DNA of 32,000 nucleotides. It comes from Promethearchaeota archaeon. GTDB lineage: Archaea; Asgardarchaeota; Lokiarchaeia; Sigyniarchaeales; Promethearchaeaceae. Positions 17,041 through 24,559 of the stretch are shown here, one piece after another. A program made the translations under genes and the position numbers. The notes beneath the pieces are model-generated. The model had not been told where the DNA came from. It was given only the letters and a program-made list of their open reading frames with translations, and made no database searches. Each line of letters begins with the position of its first letter. The first letter of the stretch is position 1. The stretch spans positions 182,568 through 214,567 of the forward strand of contig JAFGBS010000014.1 of the NCBI GenBank assembly GCA_016933055.1. The letters run 5' to 3'.

Positions 17041-19203
17041 TTACATCGATTCTTGTGCATCTGATGGCTTTCCAGTTCCAGAAAGCTTGTATTTGATCTC
17101 AAATCGGTCTCCAGATTCGATCTTTTCAATCTTCCATTTCAAAACATCTAATCCTTCTTTCTTGGTTACTTCAACCGGTTCTAGGCTCAAACCGCTATAT
17201 TCGAAATTCTCTGGTACTTTGTCTGCTACTTCAAAATTTCGGAGCACATAATCACCTGTATTTACGACATACAAGATAATCTCATATTCTCCTGTTGCTG
17301 CAAGACCAATAATTTCTTTACCACGGATCAATCTCTTTCTCACATGGATTACTGGAATTTCAATAACAGCAGGTCGTACTTCAAGTGCTTTTCCAGCGGG
17401 GTATGTGTTAGCTTGGTAGAGCACATCAGAGGTGTAAATAACTGTTTTATTTGGCTTGTCCGCAACAATGGGATAAGTTACTTGAATAATATCTCCTGGT
17501 TTAAATGCACCCAATGGTTTTTCTTTCAAGTCTTTCAGTTCCACTGTAACTCCATCCCTGTTAACAATTATCGTATCGACCTCAATTTCATCTCCATTAT
17601 AAGTTACTACGACATCACTTGTTTCAGGCGGTCTAAATCCATCTTGGATATTTTCAGTGAGAATAACCTCATTAAGATCCGCTCCACCCGTGTTCTCTAC
17701 TTTCATATTCACATGAAAAGTACTTTCTCGGAAGGAGGCAAGTTCTTTTTCATCATAAGATAGTTCCCCTGCAATTGAAGCAACGGCTAGTTCTACATCA
17801 TTGATTTCCATCAAACCCTCGGTGGACACCATATGGTCCGCTATCACGAAGAATTGTACCTTTGTCATAAATACGGGTTCTTGTCCAGGTTCCGATTGGT
17901 ATTCCCAAATATTGGATTTCCATTTTGCACCCTCGGGTAGAGGAGGAACCTCACCAGGATCGATGTCTACATACTTCACTGAGGGATTCTTGACGTCATA
18001 CACATCGGCATTTACTAAACGAAGTAAATATTCACTTTTATTTTCAAAGACAAACTGGCATTCATATTTATCAGGTCTCTCATCAGTTTCATAAAATCCC
18101 TCATAGAATGAATTATTCGTGTATGCATCAAATTTGTCGATACCTAAACCACTCAAGGTAATAGGAGCGTTGTATTTAACGAATATCTTACCAGAACGTA
18201 CTTTTGTGTCTTTATCTTTGACTTTTACTTCTAACTTAAGTTCAAGTTTTTCTTCAGCATTGGGTTTGAGTTCTTCTAATACCCATTTTACACCTCTACC
18301 TTCATCAAAATTTCCTTCATCCGCTTTTCCACTACTTGATCGTAAAACTTTTGCACGTTCAAACAAATCAGGGATGAGTTTAGTTACTTCGATATTTTCA
18401 AGTTTGACATCCGTAATGTTCGTCACGATGATGGAATAATAAATTTCATTATCAGCATCTAAGACTAAAGAATAACTCTCCGTGTCTGGATCATTTAAGG
18501 TGCTAATGAACTCGGAAACGTCAATATGTCGTGCAGCTTTTTCCTTTACCTCATAGGTTTTCTCTTCTTTTTCCCCAGGAGCCAGCTCATAAATAGATAT
18601 TGCCTCCTCCTCAAAGTCCGTACTGTCGATGTTTTTAAGACTTAAATCAATATCCCATAGTCGATCTTTTGTACTTACATTTTCAATACTGAACATACCA
18701 GAAGTGACACTTTCTTCTGCCGCATCAGTTCCGTCATGTTCTAAGTAGATTTTGCTATTTTCTAAAATTTTAACTGGTACAAGCTTCCCCTCTTTCTTTC
18801 CCGGAGTAAGTTTGATTACGCCTTCCTTCTTACCAGAATCGCGGTCGATCGTCTGAATTTCGTCGGATTCGTAAGCCATCTTTCCGCTATCCATTTGTTT
18901 TCGCTTGTAATCTTGTGCTTCTGCATATTCTTTGCGTTCGTCTGCCCCAAAGCCTAATTTCCCTTGGAGAGACTTGATTTTTTCAAAGTAATCGCTGATT
19001 TCAGATGAAGTGCTTCCCCTAATTCGTTCCTCAGTTCCTTTATCGATTGAATCTCTTATGATATTCACGGAGTCTGTTGATAAATCAGAAGTTAAATTGG
19101 AATATTTACCAAAAAGAGCTTCTGAACTGATATTCAAATTAGCTTTAAAACTTCTTCGTCCTATCTCAACGATTCCTAAGGGTCCTAAATCTAATTTTGC
19201 CAT
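17041..19203 (-). CDS. Cytoplasmic multi-beta-sandwich protein with a mu-homology-domain-like segment and DUF11/Ig-like repeats
   Basis: ATG at 19203 (MAKLDLGP) follows an AGGTTGA SD-like site. Three V-x-N-x-x-x-x-x-L-x-x-x-x-x-x-x-x-[IV]P/Q-x-x-F units are present. There is no signal peptide or TM helix. Motif order resembles the mu-adaptin C-terminal domain (see findings). Confidence 0.7.
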   Translation of the reverse strand: MAKLDLGPLGIVEIGRRSFKANLNISSEALFGKYSNLTSDLSTDSVNIIRDSIDKGTEERIRGSTSSEISDYFEKIKSLQGKLGFGADERKEYAEAQDYKRKQMDSGKMAYESDEIQTIDRDSGKKEGVIKLTPGKKEGKLVPVKILENSKIYLEHDGTDAAEESVTSGMFSIENVSTKDRLWDIDLSLKNIDSTDFEEEAISIYELAPGEKEEKTYEVKEKAARHIDVSEFISTLNDPDTESYSLVLDADNEIYYSIIVTNITDVKLENIEVTKLIPDLFERAKVLRSSSGKADEGNFDEGRGVKWVLEELKPNAEEKLELKLEVKVKDKDTKVRSGKIFVKYNAPITLSGLGIDKFDAYTNNSFYEGFYETDERPDKYECQFVFENKSEYLLRLVNADVYDVKNPSVKYVDIDPGEVPPLPEGAKWKSNIWEYQSEPGQEPVFMTKVQFFVIADHMVSTEGLMEINDVELAVASIAGELSYDEKELASFRESTFHVNMKVENTGGADLNEVILTENIQDGFRPPETSDVVVTYNGDEIEVDTIIVNRDGVTVELKDLKEKPLGAFKPGDIIQVTYPIVADKPNKTVIYTSDVLYQANTYPAGKALEVRPAVIEIPVIHVRKRLIRGKEIIGLAATGEYEIILYVVNTGDYVLRNFEVADKVPENFEYSGLSLEPVEVTKKEGLDVLKWKIEKIESGDRFEIKYKLSGTGKPSDAQESM

Positions 19204-19356
19204 TATAATTTCAACCTTTTTTATTTTTAAAAATTTTAAAGGATAATACATGATCATCTTTGGTCCTAAAAAAAATGAGCTTTTTTTTTTAAGAAAAAGT
19301 GCGATCCTCTATTCACGTATCGATGCAGAGCAGTTTTCTTATGGCTCTATTCTTCG

Positions 19357-20403
19357 CTAACATACACGAGGGATAGGTTCTCCATACGGTGTATCCAAAA
19401 ATTTCGTACCTCCCCATTCAGATTGTAACAATACCATCCCCAAATTCTCTCTTTGAGCAACGCCGACAATTTTTGCATCTTTACCTAATGGGTGTTCTCG
19501 CAATTTTTCAATGATGATATCCGTATAGTCTGGGTCTACTGCTAGTATTGCTTTGCCCTCAGACGCAAGATGGTAGGGATTTAATCCTAAAATGTCACAA
19601 ATTGATCGAACTTCTGGTCGAATTCGGATTTCCTTTTCAGTTAGTAAAATTCCTACTTTCGATTGAGTTGCCCATTGATTTAACGCCGATGCTATTCCTC
19701 CCCTTGTTGGATCTTTCATTGCATGAATTCCAGTGAAATTATGCAAGTGTTCGATCAAATCCAGTAAGATCGTTACATCTGAATTTAATGCTGTCTTTAA
19801 ATTAATACCATGACGATTTGCTATCAAAGCAGCTTCATGGTCTCCAAGCGGTCCCGTAACTATGATCGAATCTCCTGGTTGGACATTGTTGTCCGCTATT
19901 AGACGTGTTTTAGGTCGTAAACCTATTCCTGTCGTACTCATCATTAATTGGTCCAACTGGCCTTTCGGTAGTACCTTGGTATCTCCACATATTAGAGCTA
20001 CACTATGCTTTTCTAGTGCAGAAGTAAACGAATCCATTATCGTACGTAAATTTCGAAATGAAAAACCCTCTTCGATAAACACTGTAGAAGAAATCGCGAT
20101 ACATCTCGCTCCCATCATCGCTAGGTCATTAATTGTACTCGCCGCACTCAGTAAACCAATATCCCCACCTGGAAAAACTAATGGATGGATAGTATGTCCA
20201 TCTGAGGTGACTACAATCTCTAGATCAGAGTCTTGAAGGGGGATAGTAGCCCCATCATCAAACTCATCTATTCCAATACCTTGATCTACTCGTCTGATTT
20301 TTGCATTTAAAGTTAGGAATTTGATTAATTGCTCCTGTAAAACCCCTCCCGCCCCATGTGATAATAATACTACATCTTCGGGAGATTCTTGATGATTTTT
20401 CAT
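19357..20403 (-). CDS. hypE: Hydrogenase maturation carbamoyl dehydratase HypE
   Basis: LSHGAGG, DDGA, DGHTIHPLVFPGGDIG, NDLAMMGA, GDTKV, MKDPTRGG, and the C-terminal PRVC whose terminal Cys carries the cyanide. Confidence 0.96.
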   Translation of the reverse strand: MKNHQESPEDVVLLSHGAGGVLQEQLIKFLTLNAKIRRVDQGIGIDEFDDGATIPLQDSDLEIVVTSDGHTIHPLVFPGGDIGLLSAASTINDLAMMGARCIAISSTVFIEEGFSFRNLRTIMDSFTSALEKHSVALICGDTKVLPKGQLDQLMMSTTGIGLRPKTRLIADNNVQPGDSIIVTGPLGDHEAALIANRHGINLKTALNSDVTILLDLIEHLHNFTGIHAMKDPTRGGIASALNQWATQSKVGILLTEKEIRIRPEVRSICDILGLNPYHLASEGKAILAVDPDYTDIIIEKLREHPLGKDAKIVGVAQRENLGMVLLQSEWGGTKFLDTPYGEPIPRVC

Positions 20404-20483
20404 TGACTTGTACTAATAGAAAATTTTTTGTATAATCAAATTTACGAATTCTCCTAGTACAACAAAACAAACCGCTTTCTGTT

Positions 20484-21386
20484 ATGTCAAAACTACCTAA
20501 ATATATCGTTTCTCCATCGGATTCCGATAATTGGTTTATAATTGATTTGATAGATAAGAATATTAAAATTGATGTAGAAAAACGCGTTCTCACTTCACGA
20601 TTTGATTGCCAACCGCATGATGTGCATATTTCAGGTTCCGATAAATCAGTGTGCTGTTCTCGGTATTGTTGTTATATGGGATGCTATATTTCTCCCTTGG
20701 AAATCAAATTTATTGAGGATCATCTACCCGAAATAAAACGTTACCTCTCAGTAGAGAGTCAAGGTGTCTTGAAACAATATAAAGACGAGTTTTATTTACC
20801 TGAAGATTATGATCCCGAGGAAAATCTTTATAAAACCCGCTGTTCGCCCCATGAATCCACGCGTTTTTATTATGATGAGGATGTAAGTGAGGAAGAGATA
20901 GACGAGGATGAGAATGAAATTATCGAAATGATGGAGAATAATGATTCTGCAGATTTAGAAGATTTAGAATCAACTATTGATGAGATCCCTGATTGTTCGT
21001 GTCTTTTTCTAATGGAGGATGGATTATGTGCGGTACATAAATTTTGTGAGGATCAGAGAATAGATTGGACCCTTCATAAATTTAACATTTGTTCGACTTT
21101 TCCCATTGATATTCGCGTGACTCGAAATCAAACGGCTAAAGATGCGCCATATCCAGAAGAGAAAAGGGTAGATGATGAATGCAGCACATTGAAAATGATG
21201 GATGATTATGAAGATTTTCTTTATACTCATATGAATTGTATTAATCTTTCTCCAAAGATCAAAGCACAAAAAAAAGTTCCCTATATTCTGGATTCTATGA
21301 AATATGCGATTGTGAGTAGATTTGGAGAAGAGATTTGGCTTGCATTAAAGGAGTACGCTCTCCAGATACGACACCAAAAATCCTAG
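20484..21386 (+). CDS. Cys-cluster protein, DUF3109 / YkgJ-like (putative Zn or Fe-S chelator)
   Basis: FDC...CCSRYCCYMGC...C...CSCLFL...LCAVHK...KFNICSTFPI follows the recalled CC...CxF...CxxH...KPxxCxxFP pattern. Confidence 0.65.
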   Translation: MSKLPKYIVSPSDSDNWFIIDLIDKNIKIDVEKRVLTSRFDCQPHDVHISGSDKSVCCSRYCCYMGCYISPLEIKFIEDHLPEIKRYLSVESQGVLKQYKDEFYLPEDYDPEENLYKTRCSPHESTRFYYDEDVSEEEIDEDENEIIEMMENNDSADLEDLESTIDEIPDCSCLFLMEDGLCAVHKFCEDQRIDWTLHKFNICSTFPIDIRVTRNQTAKDAPYPEEKRVDDECSTLKMMDDYEDFLYTHMNCINLSPKIKAQKKVPYILDSMKYAIVSRFGEEIWLALKEYALQIRHQKS

Positions 21387-21431
21387 ATTTTTAAATTGCC
21401 CGTTTCCCATTTTAATTAGAAGGGAATCAAA

Positions 21432-22667
21432 ATGCGATCATTGTTAGAATTAGAATTTTACCCGCGTATTTCTTCATCTGAGTTAGAGAACTATATTACG
21501 AGATTTAAGAATAACAAGAATCATTGGAATGAACCTTTTTTTATGGATGTTTATTCCTACGTAGATGTAGATGAAATTAAACGAATCTGCAACCCTATTT
21601 TAGAAAGATCACCCAAAAACATGGTTATACTCGGAACAGGTGGCTCTATTCAGACTACTATGGCGTTAGAAGGATTATTACAGCGTGATTTCTATCCGGT
21701 GGTTTCTTCTCGTCCACGTGAATTACACCAAGTTTTGCGAAAATGCTCCCCGCAAGAAACAATCGTAATACCCATATCTCGGGGAGGAGAAACTCTAGAT
21801 GTAAATTCCACTATTGAGGTGTTTGCGTCCTATCCTATGTTAGGGCTTAGTTCTCAAGGTCCGATGTATGCGTACTTAAAAAAAAAAGAGATTCCTATAT
21901 TACCCGTTCCTGACTTATCAGGAAGATTTGCTGCAAGCATTTCTAATGTGGCTCTAGTTCCCGCTTATTTAGGAGGCATCGATATCGATCTGTTCTTAAG
22001 ATCATTACAAGATGCATATTCTGAATACAAAATGCAAGAGCACCATAATATCAATCTTGCTATGCAACTCGCTATATATTTATTTGTGCATTACGCAAAA
22101 GGATTTCGTAATTGCTTCATCATGCCTTACTCTTCCTATTTAGAAGGTTCAGCGGGATTATTTGTGCAAGAAATAAGTGAGAGTTCAGGTAAAGAAAATG
22201 CTGGAATGATGGGGACTAAACAAGAAGCTCCTCTATGTCAGCATTCCGTTTTGGAATTATTATTGGGGGGTTCGAAAGGTCATACCATTCCCTTTTTGTG
22301 GACTACACGATCTGAACCCAGAGACGTTGAAATACACAATGCTTCCTTTGGATTAGAAAATCAAACAGCTTTAAAAATCATCAATCACCAAGCAGATGCG
22401 ACATTCCAAGCATTGTTAACGCAAAAAGTACCCTCTGCAATGTTGAACTTGAAAGAAATCACAATTCAGGGAATGGCACAATTAATTGCATTTATCCAAT
22501 CGACGATTTATTATTTCTGCGTGCTTTTAGATGTGAATTGGGAAAATAATCCTTTAGTAAATACGGGAAAAAGCATTTGTAATAAAGCCATACAATCTAA
22601 TCTATCTGTAGAACAACGAAAAGCTCAAAGAAAGAAAATAGCATCGGAACAATTTTCCGATGATTAA
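21432..22667 (+). CDS. pgi: Divergent glucose-6-phosphate isomerase (PGI-superfamily SIS protein)
   Basis: ILGTGGS, SRGGETLDV (cf. SKSGxT), GRFA, QEISESSGKE (catalytic Glu), CQHS (catalytic His) and LVNTGK (catalytic Lys position). Confidence 0.7.
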   Translation: MRSLLELEFYPRISSSELENYITRFKNNKNHWNEPFFMDVYSYVDVDEIKRICNPILERSPKNMVILGTGGSIQTTMALEGLLQRDFYPVVSSRPRELHQVLRKCSPQETIVIPISRGGETLDVNSTIEVFASYPMLGLSSQGPMYAYLKKKEIPILPVPDLSGRFAASISNVALVPAYLGGIDIDLFLRSLQDAYSEYKMQEHHNINLAMQLAIYLFVHYAKGFRNCFIMPYSSYLEGSAGLFVQEISESSGKENAGMMGTKQEAPLCQHSVLELLLGGSKGHTIPFLWTTRSEPRDVEIHNASFGLENQTALKIINHQADATFQALLTQKVPSAMLNLKEITIQGMAQLIAFIQSTIYYFCVLLDVNWENNPLVNTGKSICNKAIQSNLSVEQRKAQRKKIASEQFSDD

Positions 22668-22825
22668 ATTTGATTTCAAGATCTAGAAATATCTCGTATA
22701 AAAAATCATTTAGGGATTTGTTACGTAGATCCAAGTAACGGATAAAATTTCATTAATACTAGGTTACTTCCAAACGCAAAAAAGGAAAACACTCGAACGA
22801 GATTAAACCTAAGAAAGTGACAGAG

Positions 22826-23194
22826 ATGAGCGAAGAACAGTTAAATTTCATATTGAAAACTTTAATGAATGAAGTTGATGGCATACAGAGTGTTGCATTA
22901 GTCTCACGAGAGGGTTTAATTGTAAATTCGATTTTGGAAGAAGATGTCTCCCCTATGCATATTGCTGCAATGTCGGCAATTATACTCTCCACGTGTGAGA
23001 GAGTATTATTGGAGTTTAAAAAAGGAGAGCTTGATGTATGTATTATTCAAGGAACTGAAGGTAAATTTATCTGTATGGAATGCGGTGAGGATTTTATTTT
23101 AGTATGCGTATTGCAAGAAGATGCACGTATGGATATATGTTTCACAAAAATGCGTAGTACGGTTGTAAAAGTTGTTGAACTTACCGAGGAATGA
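22826..23194 (+). CDS. Roadblock/LC7 domain protein
   Basis: About 122 aa: LNFILKTLMNEVDGIQSVALVSREGLIVNS...IAAMSAIILS...IIQGTEGKFI. The ATG at 22826 is preferred over the GTG at 22817. Confidence 0.92.
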   Translation: MSEEQLNFILKTLMNEVDGIQSVALVSREGLIVNSILEEDVSPMHIAAMSAIILSTCERVLLEFKKGELDVCIIQGTEGKFICMECGEDFILVCVLQEDARMDICFTKMRSTVVKVVELTEE

Positions 23195-23366
23195 GAATTC
23201 CCTTTTATGAAAATCCATTCTTCATATTAAGAGTATTAATTTCTGCACTCTTTTTGACTTTATATGATGCTGTTGTTGTAAGATCTTAAGTTAAGATATT
23301 TCTTAATAAACTCCCCGAATTTCAGATTGTTCGCAACTTAATAGTAACGTTTAATTCTTATCTGAA

Positions 23367-23375
23367 AGGTGAGGT
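23367..23375 (+). promoter_or_regulatory. Shine-Dalgarno-like site of radA
   Basis: AGGTGAGGT ending 5 nt before the ATG at 23381. Confidence 0.65.
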
Positions 23376-23380
23376 TTGAT

Positions 23381-24544
23381 ATGGCAAAGAAAAAAACCAC
23401 CAAAAAAAAAACCAGTAAAAAAACCACTACAAAATCAACCAAGAAAGATGAGATGGAACCTGACAATGAAAGCGATGGTGAGGAAATGGTTGATGAGGAG
23501 GATGTGAAAGAATTGGTTGAAGAAGAACTTAAGGAAGAGAAACACACGGGTATGGAAAATACCCAAAATTTCAGTAAAATAAGTCCCTTCGTCGTAGATT
23601 CATTGAATTACGATGTCAAAGATCTCCCGGGTGTAGGAGCAGCCACCTTGAAAAAGTTGGAAGACGCAGGTTATGGAACCTTACAGGCTATTGCCATGAC
23701 ACCGCAGAAGACTATTATGGAAGATACAGGGTTGGGAGAAAAGACCACAGCTAGTATAATCCAAGCTGCAAGAGAAACTCTCCAATTAACCTATGTTACA
23801 GCAGACCAAGTCTGGGAAAGAAGAAAACACTTACCAAAAATAACAACGGGATCTGACAAAGTAGATGAGTTAATTGGAGGTGGTATTGAAGTGGGTGGTA
23901 TAACAGAACTTTTTGGGGAATATCGAACAGGAAAAACCCAGATTTGCCATCAATTATGTGTAAATGTTCAATTACCTCGCTCAGAAGGGGGTTTAGAGGG
24001 AAGGGCACTATATATTGACACAGAAGGAACATTCCGACCCGAACGATTGATCCAGATGTCGGAAGCTAAAGGTTTGGATTATAAAAAAGTCTTAAAAGAT
24101 GTATTTGTAATACGAGCACATACTTCTGAACATCAAGTATTGTTGGTAAAAAATTCGATTGATACAATTTCAAAAGAAAAAATCAATTTGATTATTGTAG
24201 ATTCCCTCATCTCTCATTTTCGAAGTGAATATATAAGTCGAGGAACTCTCGCCACTCGGCAACAACTATTGAACCAACATATCCATGACTTAATTCGATT
24301 GGGAAACATTTATCCTGAACTGGCAATTGTCGTAACGAACCAAGTACAAGCAAAACCAGATGCATTTTTCGGAGATCCAAATCGTCCAACTGGAGGTCAT
24401 ATTATGGCACATGCATCAACCCTCCGTTTATATCTACGGAAGGGGAAAGCAGAACAACGCATTATGATTGTAAAGGATGCCCCTCATCTCCCAGAAGGTG
24501 AAGCAGTGTTTACTATTACAGAAGATGGAATTGGAGATGCATAA
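23381..24544 (+). CDS. radA: RadA/Rad51 recombinase with a long charged N-terminal extension
   Basis: HhH domain ([13 protein letters not shown]), Walker [23 protein letters not shown], Walker [20 protein letters not shown] and [10 protein letters not shown]. Confidence 0.96.
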   Translation: MAKKKTTKKKTSKKTTTKSTKKDEMEPDNESDGEEMVDEEDVKELVEEELKEEKHTGMENTQNFSKISPFVVDSLNYDVKDLPGVGAATLKKLEDAGYGTLQAIAMTPQKTIMEDTGLGEKTTASIIQAARETLQLTYVTADQVWERRKHLPKITTGSDKVDELIGGGIEVGGITELFGEYRTGKTQICHQLCVNVQLPRSEGGLEGRALYIDTEGTFRPERLIQMSEAKGLDYKKVLKDVFVIRAHTSEHQVLLVKNSIDTISKEKINLIIVDSLISHFRSEYISRGTLATRQQLLNQHIHDLIRLGNIYPELAIVVTNQVQAKPDAFFGDPNRPTGGHIMAHASTLRLYLRKGKAEQRIMIVKDAPHLPEGEAVFTITEDGIGDA

Positions 24545-24559
24545 AAAAAAAGTAAAAAA

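Noticed and set aside
22726-22740. GTTAC...GTAAC dyad upstream of the roadblock gene
   Set aside because: 5 bp arms with a 10 nt loop; too weak to call.
23381-23446. A-rich short tandem repeats at the radA 5' end as a phase-variation tract
   Set aside because: They are explained by Lys/Thr codons in the basic tail, and the frame is intact.
23915-23960. Intein at the RadA Walker A site
   Set aside because: The sequence is continuous through [11 protein letters not shown] with normal spacing.
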